NCBI GenBank assembly: GCA_963678315.1
Contig: OY782781.1
Coordinates: forward strand, 928,001 to 992,000
Source of the DNA: Candidatus Cloacimonadales bacterium
GTDB lineage: Bacteria > Cloacimonadota > Cloacimonadia > Cloacimonadales > JAFGVF01
Direction: 5' to 3'
Length of the DNA stretch: 64,000 nt
Within the stretch, counting starts at the first letter, position 1. Each line of letters begins with the position of its first letter. Positions 49,351 to 60,108 of the stretch are shown here, one piece after another. The position numbers were made by a program, and so were the translations under genes. The notes beneath the pieces are model-generated. The model was given only the letters and a program-made list of their open reading frames with translations. It did not search any database and was not told the DNA's origin.

Positions 49351-49494
49351 CGTATGATCTTTTTCTTTGGAATATAATCTTGATTATTCTTCAACTTACA
49401 TCATCTTAACAAATGAAATAAAATTTATTTGACATTATAGCCCTATATCAAAATCTGTAAAAAAGATTATGTTAATAATATATTAGGAGATAAA

Positions 49495-50712
49495 ATGAAA
49501 ATACTTGTACTAAATTGTGGTTCATCTTCAATCAAATTTCAGTTAATTAATAGAGAAACTGAAATAGTTTTAGCAGAAGGTTCAATTGAACGTATTGGAG
49601 AAGAAATTTCTCTATTTACTTATAAGAGTGAAAGATATACAACTAAGAAACAAGAGTTGTTAATCCCAAATCATGAAGAAGGTTTAAAAGATGTAATTAA
49701 TCTTTTATTAGATTCAGAAAAAGGCTGTATTGCTTCTGCTGATGAAATTGATGCAGTTGGACACAGAGTTGTTCACGCTGGTGAATACTACTCAGGTTCA
49801 GTATATATCGATGATGCTGTTGTTCATGCTTTAAAAGAATGTACTCACCTTGCACCTCTTCACAATCCTGCTAATATCAAAGGTATTGAAGCTGTTGAAA
49901 AGTATCTCCCTGGTACTCCTCAATGTGGTGTGTTTGATACAGCTTTCCACCAAACAATGCCTGAAAAAGCATATCTATATGCAATTCCTTACGAACTTTA
50001 TGTTGAAAACAAAATCAGAAGATATGGTTTCCACGGAACTTCTCACAAGTATGTTTCATTAAAAGCTGCTGAATTCTTAGGTAAAGACGTAACTGAATTA
50101 AAAATGATTTCATGTCACATTGGTAATGGTGCTTCTATCACTGCTATCAATAAAGGTGAATCAGTTGATACTTCAATGGGTTTAACTCCTCTTGAAGGTC
50201 TTGTAATGGGAACACGTTGTGGCGATCTTGATCCTGCTATCCCTATCTTCTTACAAGAAAATCTAAAGATGTCTTCAGCAGAAGTTAATACTCTTCTTAA
50301 CAAAAAATCAGGTATGCTTGGTCTTTCTCAATTGTCAAATGATATGAGAGCTATCGAAGATGGTATCGTAAAAGATCATGACCACCGTGCTATCAGAGCT
50401 CACGATGTTTATGCTTATAGAATCAAGAAATACATCGGTGCTTATGCTGCAGCTATGAATGGGGTAGATGTAATCATCTTTACTGGTGGTGTTGGTGAAA
50501 ACATGCCTATCCTTCGTGAATTAGTATGTTCAGATATGGACTACTTAGGTGTTAAAATTGATCCTAAAGAAAACAACCAATGGGTTGGTGGAACTTTAGA
50601 TATTACTGCTAAAGATGGTAAAGTTAAAGTTCTTAAAGTTCAAACTAATGAAGAACTTATGATTGCTATCGAAACTCAAAAGATTATCAATAGCCGAAAG
50701 ATAGAAGACTAA
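49495..50712 (+). CDS. ackA: Acetate kinase
   Basis: NCGSSS, GHRVVH, APLHNP, FDTAFH, YGFHGTSH, GTRCGDLDP, TNEE. Confidence 0.98.
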   Translation: MKILVLNCGSSSIKFQLINRETEIVLAEGSIERIGEEISLFTYKSERYTTKKQELLIPNHEEGLKDVINLLLDSEKGCIASADEIDAVGHRVVHAGEYYSGSVYIDDAVVHALKECTHLAPLHNPANIKGIEAVEKYLPGTPQCGVFDTAFHQTMPEKAYLYAIPYELYVENKIRRYGFHGTSHKYVSLKAAEFLGKDVTELKMISCHIGNGASITAINKGESVDTSMGLTPLEGLVMGTRCGDLDPAIPIFLQENLKMSSAEVNTLLNKKSGMLGLSQLSNDMRAIEDGIVKDHDHRAIRAHDVYAYRIKKYIGAYAAAMNGVDVIIFTGGVGENMPILRELVCSDMDYLGVKIDPKENNQWVGGTLDITAKDGKVKVLKVQTNEELMIAIETQKIINSRKIED

Positions 50713-50737
50713 ATCTTACTATTGACCAAATATATTG

Positions 50738-50765
50738 AAGCCTGCAGATTTTCTGTAGGCTTTGC
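50738..50765. terminator. Terminator hairpin between ackA and the convergent gene
   Basis: AAGCCTGCAGA-TTT-TCTGTAGGCTT followed by T-rich tract. Confidence 0.75.
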
Positions 50766-50779
50766 TTTATATTGTAATT

Positions 50780-52177
50780 CTATTTATCTCTATTTAGAAT
50801 GTAATGAGTCTTAGGACCATTACCTTTTTTAATAATCTGTCCCTTTGATATCATTTCTGCAATTAACTCAGCAGCTCTAGAAGTTTTAATACCAAGCAAT
50901 TGTTCAGATTTCTTTCTAGTTATAGATTTGTTTATTTCTAAGTAGCTAATTACCTTTTTGTATTCTTCTGTGATAGAATCAAATTTATCTTCCGGTATCT
51001 TCCGGTACCTTCCGGTATCTTCCGGTATCTTCCATTTTGCTTCCGTTTTTTTTCTAAAAAGATTGACCTCAACAAAATCGTTCTTTTCTATGATTTCAGG
51101 TCTTCTTAAATCCATCTCTTGGCATGAATCAAGAATTCGATTTATTCCACTACCCCATTTTTCAATTAAATCAAGCTCTTTCATAACTTTGGCAACAACC
51201 TTGTTACGAATTTCACTTCTACCACTAAATAAATCTTCGTAAGATAGCTTAGGAGGTAATGAGCCAGGTGAAAGAATTCTTACATAGTCGTCAAAAACAC
51301 TTACCTTAATATCTCTACCAGAATTAGTATAATCTCTATGAATCAAAGCATTGGTTATAGCTTCTCTTATAGCTACTATTGGGATTTCTGGGATGTCTTT
51401 TCTTTGAAGTCCTTTAATCTCTGCTGAAATATTGATGTGGTTTAGAATAAAACCTTCAACATTCTCTAATTGAGAGAATATATTACTAGTATACTCTTTC
51501 TTATCACTGAAAGTCGCCATGCTTGAACCTCTAAATCTTGCACATTTAACCTCACAATGATCATAGATACCTAAAAGAATTAAGAGCCCTCTAGTTGGGA
51601 CTATCTTGTCATTTATTTTAAATACAAGCTTCAAATTGAGCATTTTGTTTAAAGTAAGTTCTTTATTTACTTTCTTGAACATATTTTTTAATGGGATTAT
51701 ATCAATATCTTCAAAACCATAATCATAGTCGGGTTCTTCATCAAAGCTAAGGTTATGATTTTGTCGTTCTAAATCAACTATAGTTTGAAAGTCGGCTAGT
51801 CTATTGGTTGCTCCTAGCCTAAAGTAAACTCCCTTATCTCTACCTAAACTTTTAAGATAATAAGGTAGTCTTCTTCCTCTAGGAACATCTATTACTAAAA
51901 CAGTTTTATCATCAATATTAACAGTATATATATCAAAAAAAATTATTGGTGCTATCGTATCATAAATAATTGAACTTACTTGGTCTTTAGTATTAAATAT
52001 ATCTAAGTCATTTATACCAATAACATTTAGATTATCTGTAACTCCAATAATAAGTTTTCCTCCAGAAGTGTTAGCAAAAGCACATATAGCTTTAGCTAGC
52101 TTCTTGTTAGAAGGAATTTTTTCTTTTAATTCAAGAGTTTTACTTTCTCCATTTTCTATTAGTTTTTTGTAATCCAT
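50780..52177 (-). CDS. AlbA_2 (Schlafen-like) + HATPase_c_4 + HTH protein
   Basis: GESKTLELK, CAFANTSGGKLIIGV, REAITNALIHRDY, SPG, RNKVVA, EKWGSGI; C-terminal GNGPKTHY. Confidence 0.88.
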   Translation of the reverse strand: MDYKKLIENGESKTLELKEKIPSNKKLAKAICAFANTSGGKLIIGVTDNLNVIGINDLDIFNTKDQVSSIIYDTIAPIIFFDIYTVNIDDKTVLVIDVPRGRRLPYYLKSLGRDKGVYFRLGATNRLADFQTIVDLERQNHNLSFDEEPDYDYGFEDIDIIPLKNMFKKVNKELTLNKMLNLKLVFKINDKIVPTRGLLILLGIYDHCEVKCARFRGSSMATFSDKKEYTSNIFSQLENVEGFILNHINISAEIKGLQRKDIPEIPIVAIREAITNALIHRDYTNSGRDIKVSVFDDYVRILSPGSLPPKLSYEDLFSGRSEIRNKVVAKVMKELDLIEKWGSGINRILDSCQEMDLRRPEIIEKNDFVEVNLFRKKTEAKWKIPEDTGRYRKIPEDKFDSITEEYKKVISYLEINKSITRKKSEQLLGIKTSRAAELIAEMISKGQIIKKGNGPKTHYILNRDK

Positions 52178-52437
52178 GATAACTCCAAATTAATTCTAGC
52201 TATACTTATTACATCATGGAAGTCTCATTCTATTTGTCAAGAAGCTTCCCCAAAAAAATATTACCAACTACCACCCTCTTGTTTTCTTCATTTGCTCTTG
52301 ATTAAATTTCTCTCTTCTTTCTGCTTCTCCTTTTCTGTTAACAGCACTTTTTTATCTCCTCACCTAGGTTTGAAAACCTAGGCTTGGAAAATAAATACAT
52401 TTGGGATAGATATTGAGAGATGGTTCAACTTGCTTCC

Positions 52438-53292
52438 TTATTTCTCAGAATAGATTTGATTATAGATATGATCAAGAGAGATTTTATTCTCTGATATAGA
52501 AAGAATATGATTATTCTCAAGTTCTTTTAATTTACTGTAAAGCTCTTTTTCATCCTTTACTACAATCATTTTCTCATGAGAATTATCTAAATATGAAATA
52601 TTGAAACTCTTATCAATCTTATATTTTTCAACTAAGTTTTTTAGGGAGTCAGAAAGAATCAATTTACCATCTTTCATAATGGTTATCTTTTCTGAAACAG
52701 CTTCTATTTCACTTAGATTATGAGATGAGAGAATAATAGTTTTATTTCCTTGGTGAATATAATTCTTCATGATAGTTGAAATCTCTTTTACAATAACTGG
52801 ATCTAAACCTGCAAAAGGCTCATCTAAAAAGAGAATATCTGGATCATTCAGGAAGGTAGTACAAATCACAGTTTTCTTATACATACCTGTTGAAAGTTTT
52901 GATATTTTTTTCTTGAGAAATTCTCCTAAATCAAACTGTTCAATTAAGCTAGCTATCTTTTTCTTTTTGTCTTTTATTCCGTAAATATCAGCAAAAAAAG
53001 ATAGTGTTTCTATAACATTTAACTCATCGTATAGTTTTAATTTTTCTGTGAGAAAACCTGTTTTCTGAATTTGACTTTTAGACATCTTCTTTATATCTTT
53101 ATCTCTAAAAAATACCTTTCCATCATTAAAGGGAATAACCTTGTTAGCAATCATAAATGCAGTAGTTTTTCCTGCCCCATTATGTCCTAAAAGAGCTTGA
53201 ATTTTACCTTCTTCTATCTCCCATGAAAAATCATCTAAAGCTTTCTGTTTCTTATAGGATTTAGTAACATTTTCAAATTTAAATAAAGCCAT
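52438..53292 (-). CDS. ABC transporter ATP-binding protein
   Basis: GHNGAGKTT, LSTG, FLDEP, SSH. Confidence 0.95.
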   Translation of the reverse strand: MALFKFENVTKSYKKQKALDDFSWEIEEGKIQALLGHNGAGKTTAFMIANKVIPFNDGKVFFRDKDIKKMSKSQIQKTGFLTEKLKLYDELNVIETLSFFADIYGIKDKKKKIASLIEQFDLGEFLKKKISKLSTGMYKKTVICTTFLNDPDILFLDEPFAGLDPVIVKEISTIMKNYIHQGNKTIILSSHNLSEIEAVSEKITIMKDGKLILSDSLKNLVEKYKIDKSFNISYLDNSHEKMIVVKDEKELYSKLKELENNHILSISENKISLDHIYNQIYSEK

Positions 53293-53300
53293 AATACCTC

Positions 53301-54305
53301 CTACATTGACCTAATAATTGTTCTCTTCATGAAGAAAATACTCAAGAAGAAAAACACGATACTTATAGCTGAAATAGTAGCTAATAATTGCATTGAAACA
53401 TCATTTCTAATAATCTGCTCTATCAGTTCTGTGACTAATATAAGAGGATTAATCTTTAGAATATTTGCAGTTATAGGTGAAATACTATCTTTTATTGCTC
53501 CATAAAAAATCGATGGAAACCAGAATATCATTGGTAAAATACTCTTCAAACTTTCATTAGCTGTCATTGAAGAGAAGAATATCCCTAGCATAGCTGTTGG
53601 AAAAATAATGAAAGGTAAGTAGCAAATCATAGTAATATTTAAGCTTAACTGCTTTGTTAAAATAGCAACTATATAAAAGACAGTGAATGTAAGAATCTGC
53701 ATTACAAATACACCAAGCAATTTACTAACTATTAATTCTGCTTTACTTATGCCTGATTTTAACAAAATCAAAATATTATGCTTTTTAATCTCAAGATTTA
53801 ACAAGGCTGAACCGTAATTTAAAGAAGAAAAAACTAAAAGGAAGTTGAAAACCATCGACAGGAGAGCATAATTCATTGAGAATTTTTTCTTTAGGTTAAA
53901 ATGTTTGCTTACAATAGGATTAAACTTATTTCTGATTAAATGATAAACTAAAGTAGATTTGTTTTTGTTCATATTCAAATATAGGGTTTTCTGACCATCT
54001 TCTAGGTAATAGATGACTGGTAGTTGTCCCTTGTCAAAATCCACTAGCATGTCTTCTTTATCCATATACTCAATATTAACGGGTATCTTTTCTTCTAAGT
54101 ATTCGAAATAATCAACATCTTTGTCTTCAAATTCGTAAGCCAACTCTTTATCAACCCACACCTTTAGATTATTGGATGAAGACTTTTCCATATAACCAAA
54201 AAGGAACAAGTATAGTAGTGGTAAGCCTAAGGAAAATATCAGCATAATTGGACTTTTGTACTGAATCTTAAAATCTTTGATTATCAAGGCAAAAAACTTT
54301 TTCAT
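53301..54305 (-). CDS. ABC-2-type transporter permease
   Basis: One N-terminal TM, extracellular loop, further TMs, INPL motif; directly upstream of the ATPase. Confidence 0.85.
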   Translation of the reverse strand: MKKFFALIIKDFKIQYKSPIMLIFSLGLPLLYLFLFGYMEKSSSNNLKVWVDKELAYEFEDKDVDYFEYLEEKIPVNIEYMDKEDMLVDFDKGQLPVIYYLEDGQKTLYLNMNKNKSTLVYHLIRNKFNPIVSKHFNLKKKFSMNYALLSMVFNFLLVFSSLNYGSALLNLEIKKHNILILLKSGISKAELIVSKLLGVFVMQILTFTVFYIVAILTKQLSLNITMICYLPFIIFPTAMLGIFFSSMTANESLKSILPMIFWFPSIFYGAIKDSISPITANILKINPLILVTELIEQIIRNDVSMQLLATISAISIVFFFLSIFFMKRTIIRSM

Positions 54306-54660
54306 CTCTCCTCACAATATATTAATCATTAAGATATATAGTCTGTAATTTTGTCTTACAAATAACTTAATATCCATAATTCATTTTTAATAAATCAATC
54401 TTGTCATGACCTCTTCTATTTACAGGATGTTCATGTACTCAAGATGCTTACAATTTAAATATTGACAAGGCAAAAGTCAACATTTTTAATTAGAGTTAAG
54501 AAAGGAGCTTATATGGATTAACACAGATAAAAAGAAAAAATGGCCACAAATGACACGAATCTTCACGAATAAGATTTAAAGCAAGATTGTTACTTTCTTC
54601 ATGCTCGCTTAAAGCTTTAATATAGTGTGCTTTTTCTTAAAGCTTAATGCATCATCCGGG

Positions 54661-56567
54661 GTGCGTCACGAGGTGGTGTGCCGTCAACTGGTGAAAATCC
54701 AGTCTGGTTAATTTTCTGTTCAACCAGAAGTGAAAAAGACAAACTAATACAGTAATGTTTAGTTTGAAGCTCTTTGAATCGGTAAGTAAGCCGTAGCGTA
54801 AGCGAACAGGTAGCTTCGTTAGGCAATTGTAATCGGTTAATCTTTCCCAGAGGATGAAACCTGCTATTTGATAGGAAGAAACAGAAGTATGCACTATCAA
54901 AGATTACCGGAGTTATAACTGGTGGCGTGCTTATAAACGATTGCACATTAAACGTGAGAGAGCCTATTTAATAAGAGGTGACAACCCTAAATGGATTTCT
55001 ATAAGACGGTGTCGAAGTGAAATCCAGTTATTTAGGCAGTCGGAGATGCCCATAGTAGTGATGATATTTGAGACAACATAACTCAAAAGTAGCGAAGGGG
55101 CATTACTTCAAAGAAATTTACAAGATAAGGAGAAAGTTGTGATTGATGAAAATCTAACAAGCAAACGAAAGGCTGATTTAACAGCTGAAGAAAGAGTTCG
55201 AATTTTTCAACGTAAATTATATTCTAAAGCCAAACATGAAAAGGATTTTCGTTTTTATGTATTGTATGATAAGTTAACAGTGGGATATTTTCTAACAGAA
55301 GCTTGGAGAAGGGTGAAGTTGAACAATGGGATTGCAGGATATGATAAGAAGAGTTTCTCTGATATTGAAGAATATGGAGTAACAGACTTTCTCTTTGAAA
55401 TTCAACAAGAACTAAAAGATGCAACTTATAAACCATCTCCAATACTTCGAGTATATATTCCAAAAGCAAATGGTAAAATGAGACCATTAGGAATTCCAAC
55501 TATCAAAGATAGAGTTGTTCAGATGTGTTGTAAACTAATAATAGAACCAATCTTTGAAGCAGACTTTGAAGATTGTTCTCATGGTTTCAGACCAAAGCGT
55601 TCAGCACATGGAGCTATAAAGGAAATTAAGTCTAATCTAAAGGCTGGAAAAACAGAAGTATATGATGCTGATTTATCAGGTTATTTCGATAATATTCCAC
55701 ACGATAAACTGATGTATCTTGTTGAAAGAAGAATAACAGATAAAAGAGTATTAAAACTTATTAAAATGTGGTTAAAAGCACCATACTTTGAAAAGAATAA
55801 ATTGCACAAGAGTAAAAAGGGAACACCTCAAGGAGGCGTTATTTCTCCTTTACTAGCAAATATATACTTAAATCTTGTTGATAAAGCTGTCAATAGAGAA
55901 GATGGATTTTTTCGCTAAAAGAGGCATAAAAATAGTTCGTTATGCTGATGACTTTATCCTAATGGGAAATAAAATACCTAAAGAATGCTTATCGTATTTA
56001 CACAGAATACTAGAGAAAATGGAATTAACCATTAACATGGAAAAAACGAAACACTTGAATGCAACAAAGCTATCCTTTGACTTTTTAGGTTTTACTTTTA
56101 GGTTTGATAAATCTTTTTACAATTGGTATGGTTATTACTGGAATGTTATTCCAAGTAAAAAGAGTGTCAAAAAGTTCAAGGCAAATATAAAACATTGTCT
56201 TATGAATAATGGACACTCATCTAATTATACTTTAGTAAAGAAACTCAATCCCATATTAAGAGGTTGGGTTAACTACTTCACAATACCAAAAGTAAGCTAC
56301 CCAGCTAAAGCCAAAGATAGTGTTAATACATATCTCTTTTTTAGTTTAAAGAGGTATTACAAACGCAAGAGTCAGAAGAGCTGTAAGCTTTATCGTCAAA
56401 ATGCTCATGCCAAGTTAATTAGGTATTATGGTCTATATAACTTAGCATACAGAACACCCTGACAAACTTGTGAAAGCTTAGAAAGAACTTTGTCGGTAAG
56501 CCGTGTGCGGGAAAACCGCATGCACGGTTTGAAGAGGGGGGCAGGTGAAAACCTGTCTCTACTCTAC
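54661..56567 (+). mobile_element. Group II intron, about 1.9 kb
   Basis: 5' GTGCG at 54661; domain V AAGCCGTGTGCGGGAAAACCGCATGCACGGTTT (56498-56530); domain VI ending CTCTACTCTAC (56567); RT ORF inside. Confidence 0.92.
55139..56462 (+). pseudogene. ltrA: Group II intron reverse transcriptase/maturase split by one extra base in a T6 run (55907-55912)
   Basis: ORF1 has RPLGIPTIKDR, SHGFRP, GTPQGGVISPLLAN; ORF2 has RYADDF, FDFLGF, LNPILRGWVNYF; removing one T fuses them as DGFFAKRGIKIVRYADD; no En domain seen. Confidence 0.88.
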
Positions 56568-56789
56568 TTTAACAGTTAGTTTATCTTCGATTGCATGTAT
56601 TCTAAGCTTGGTCAATAAATCGTCTGGTAGTTCTACAGTAAGTCTTGCAAAAGTGAACTTTTCTCAGTTTTCATCAAATTACTCCATAGACTTGCTTTTT
56701 ATTGACAAAAAGCATATTTTTCTTGACTTAATGAGATATTGACAACTAATTAGTAAATAATTGATCATACATAAATATTGAGGTTTTTG

Positions 56790-59700
56790 ATGAACGTTAA
56801 GGTTATAGATAATAAACAAAATGGTTTACTTGGACATGAATTAAATAATATCATAAATGATGATGCAACTATTTCTATTACAACATCATACTTGACTATA
56901 TATGCACTAGAAGAACTGCATAAAAAACTAGCTAAGTCATCTAAATTAAGATTACTATTAGACAAGAATCCTTTTGTAGATAATGATAAATTAATTTCAC
57001 CAACCATTTACTTTGGTGACAATTCAGAGCTTTCATTGAAGAATAAACTAAACATTGCCTATCTTTCAAAGAAATGTTCCGAGTTACTGGAAAACAAAGC
57101 TGATATAAAAGCTATTAATCCTGGTATTGCTGGAAGCCCAATAACTCATATTATTGATAAGCAAGGTTCTCATACACTTTTACCATCTCCAACATTCTAT
57201 AATTCTCAATCTTTAGGTTATCTACCATCTAAACAACTCTCAATATTCAACCTTACATCTTTTAACAAGGATGAAGAAAACCCTTACAGTACATATTTTG
57301 AGACTTTGTGGTCAGATAAGAATAACACTGTCGATATTAAGAATGATATTCTAAAGCAATTAGATAGAGGATACAAAGACTATACTCCCCAAGAATTATA
57401 CTATTTTACATTGTACCATATATTCAAAGATAGTCTAGATGGTGTTGATGAAGATAAAGTAGTTAAATCAAAGACTGGTTTTAAAGATACAATTGTCTGG
57501 AATAAACTTTATAACTTTCAGAAGGATGGTGTACTTGGTGCTATTGATAAAATTGAAAAGCACAACGGCTGCATCATAGCTGATAGTGTAGGACTAGGTA
57601 AAACTTTCGAAGCACTTGCTGTGATAAAATACTACGAACTAAGAAATCATAGAGTACTTGTTTTATGTCCTAAGAAGCTGAGAGATAATTGGACTGTTTA
57701 TACTTTAAATGACACTCGTAATACTCTTTTGAAAGATAGATTTAATTATGATGTTTTGAATCATACTGATTTAACCAGAGAGTCTGGTTTTTCTGGTGAA
57801 ATGAACCTTGAAACTATCAACTGGAGTAATTATGATTTGGTTGTTATTGATGAATCCCACAACTTCAGGAATGGCTTCGCTAGATCTTCAGCAATAAAGA
57901 TAACAAGATATAGTCGATTAATGGACCAAATTATTAAATCAGGTGTTAGAACTAAAGTACTAATGCTGTCAGCAACACCCGTAAATAGTCGAATGAATGA
58001 TTTAAAAAACCAAGTAGCTTTCATTACTGAAGGTGATGAATTAGCTTTTGAAGACTATGGAGTTAATAATATTTCCTCTGTTATGAAACAAGCTCAAGGT
58101 CAGTTCAATAAATGGCTGAAGGAAAAGAAAGATAATAAGGATGTAGCTTCTAGTAAGTCTTTGCTTGAATCTATTGATGCACGCTACTTCAAATTGCTAG
58201 ATCTACTAACTATTGCTCGTTCACGTAAACATATAGAAAAATACTATGATGTTACTCGAATAGGTAAGTTTCCTGAAAGATTGAAGCCAATAAACATAAA
58301 ATCTGATATTGATTTAGATAATAGTTTTCCAGAATTAAAAGAGATTAATCGTAAAATTAGAAAGTTGAATTTATCGGCTTACTCTCCGATTAAATATGTT
58401 AGACCAGAAAAGCAAGATGAGTATAAAAGAAGATATGACCTAAAACTTGCAAAAGGTAGTGTATTTAGGCAAATCGACCGTGAACAGAGTCTTATTCAGT
58501 TAATGCGTGTGAACATGTTCAAACGTATGGAAAGCTCTATAAATTCATTTACTTTAACTCTCAAGAAGTTCTTAAAACAGGTAAATGCTATGTTAGAAAA
58601 GATTGATAATCATGCTGAGTTATACCAATCTGACCTAAACATAGAAGAGATTGATTTTGATGATACAAGTGTTGAGAGTTATCTGATAGGAAACAAGGTT
58701 AAAGTACTTATCCAAGATATGGATATTATCAAATGGAAACAGGATCTTAGAGAAGATAAAGAAAAACTATCTCATCTACTAAATGAAGCTCAAAAAATAA
58801 CATCTGCTAGAGATGCTAAACTAGGAGATTTAAAAGACATTATTCGCAATAAAATCAAAAACCCTATTAATGCTTCAAATAGAAAGATAATAGTCTTTAC
58901 TGCTTTTGCTGATACAGCTTCTTATCTTTACGATAATCTTGCTGAATGGGCACTTTCTGAGCTTGATATCAACTCAGCTGTAGTTAGTGGTTCAAAAGCT
59001 CTAAAAACTAATCTACAGGGTGTTAAATCAAGATATAATGATATTCTAACAAACTTCTCTCCTATTTCTAAAGAGAGGGTATTAAAAAACTCTGAGACAG
59101 ATAAAGAAATAGATCTACTTATTGCTACTGATTGTATTTCTGAAGGACAAAACTTACAGGATTGTGACTACCTTATAAACTATGATATTCACTGGAATCC
59201 AGTAAGGATTATCCAGAGATTTGGTCGTATTGATAGAATTGGTTCTAAGAACAATCAGATTCAATTAGTTAATTTCTGGGCTAATATGGAACTGGATGAA
59301 TACATAAACCTAGAAGCTAGGGTTAGTGGTAGAATGAAGCTTTTAGATATTTCAGCTACAGGCGAAGAAAATGTAATAGAGTCGAATCCTGAAATGAATG
59401 ATTTAGCTTACAGAAGAAAGCAACTTGAACAGCTTCAGAGTAAAGTCATAGATTTAGAAGATATTCAAGGTGGAATATCTATAACAGACTTAACATTCAA
59501 TGATTTTAAGGTTGAGCTTTTGGACTATCTGAGACATAATCAAGATGAGTTAGAAAGAACCCCTACTTCAATTCATGCTATTACTAAATTAAATAGCTCC
59601 GAGATTCCTCCAGGTGCAATATTCTGTTTGAAACAGATAACAGGTTCAACTGATAAAAACAAAGCTTATAATGCTCTTGAACCATACTACTTAGTCTATA

Positions 59701-60026
59701 TAGATTATGATGGTAATATCAAGTTCACTCTAGCACAGAGTAAGCAGATACTAGACTATTTCCAGAAGCTATGTTCAGGAAGTAAGGAAATTTACCAGGA
59801 CTTACTTAAAAGCTTCTCGAGAGATACGAAAAAGGGAAAGGATATGTCTTGTTACACTGAGATGCTAGAGTATGCGGTAGATAATATATTAGGAATTAAA
59901 CGTGAAAAAGGATTGGCAAGCTTGTTTAAGACAGGAGGAATAAATCTAACTAAAAAAGATAATTCATGGATAAAAGACTTTGAAGTAATATCGTTTCTCG
60001 TCATCGAGAAAGAAATTACTAATTGA
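56790..60026 (+). CDS. SNF2-like/DEAD helicase with degenerate N-terminal PLD-like region (likely start ATG 56790)
   Basis: ADSVGLGKT, VIDESHNFRN, LSATP, SEGQNLQ, WNPVRIIQRFGRIDR. Confidence 0.9.
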   Translation: MNVKVIDNKQNGLLGHELNNIINDDATISITTSYLTIYALEELHKKLAKSSKLRLLLDKNPFVDNDKLISPTIYFGDNSELSLKNKLNIAYLSKKCSELLENKADIKAINPGIAGSPITHIIDKQGSHTLLPSPTFYNSQSLGYLPSKQLSIFNLTSFNKDEENPYSTYFETLWSDKNNTVDIKNDILKQLDRGYKDYTPQELYYFTLYHIFKDSLDGVDEDKVVKSKTGFKDTIVWNKLYNFQKDGVLGAIDKIEKHNGCIIADSVGLGKTFEALAVIKYYELRNHRVLVLCPKKLRDNWTVYTLNDTRNTLLKDRFNYDVLNHTDLTRESGFSGEMNLETINWSNYDLVVIDESHNFRNGFARSSAIKITRYSRLMDQIIKSGVRTKVLMLSATPVNSRMNDLKNQVAFITEGDELAFEDYGVNNISSVMKQAQGQFNKWLKEKKDNKDVASSKSLLESIDARYFKLLDLLTIARSRKHIEKYYDVTRIGKFPERLKPINIKSDIDLDNSFPELKEINRKIRKLNLSAYSPIKYVRPEKQDEYKRRYDLKLAKGSVFRQIDREQSLIQLMRVNMFKRMESSINSFTLTLKKFLKQVNAMLEKIDNHAELYQSDLNIEEIDFDDTSVESYLIGNKVKVLIQDMDIIKWKQDLREDKEKLSHLLNEAQKITSARDAKLGDLKDIIRNKIKNPINASNRKIIVFTAFADTASYLYDNLAEWALSELDINSAVVSGSKALKTNLQGVKSRYNDILTNFSPISKERVLKNSETDKEIDLLIATDCISEGQNLQDCDYLINYDIHWNPVRIIQRFGRIDRIGSKNNQIQLVNFWANMELDEYINLEARVSGRMKLLDISATGEENVIESNPEMNDLAYRRKQLEQLQSKVIDLEDIQGGISITDLTFNDFKVELLDYLRHNQDELERTPTSIHAITKLNSSEIPPGAIFCLKQITGSTDKNKAYNALEPYYLVYIDYDGNIKFTLAQSKQILDYFQKLCSGSKEIYQDLLKSFSRDTKKGKDMSCYTEMLEYAVDNILGIKREKGLASLFKTGGINLTKKDNSWIKDFEVISFLVIEKEITN

Positions 60027-60108
60027 GAATTGATAATAACCTGTTTGCCGACCGGCAGGGAATGGATAATGGATAATTTCTTGCTTAAAAGATATTAAGG
60101 AAGTGTTG

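Noticed and set aside
52363..52382. CCTAGGTTTGAAAACCTAGG hairpin as a distinct element
   Set aside because: Single copy in the window; could be a REP or the terminator of the ABC operon, and these cannot be distinguished here
54644..54946. Minus-strand ORFs of 100 and 82 aa
   Set aside because: Antisense to the structured 5' domains of the group II intron
55139..56462. Retron, DGR or defence-associated RT
   Set aside because: Flanked by canonical group II intron ends and domain V/VI, has a maturase X-type motif, and no TR/VR pair or msr-msd was seen
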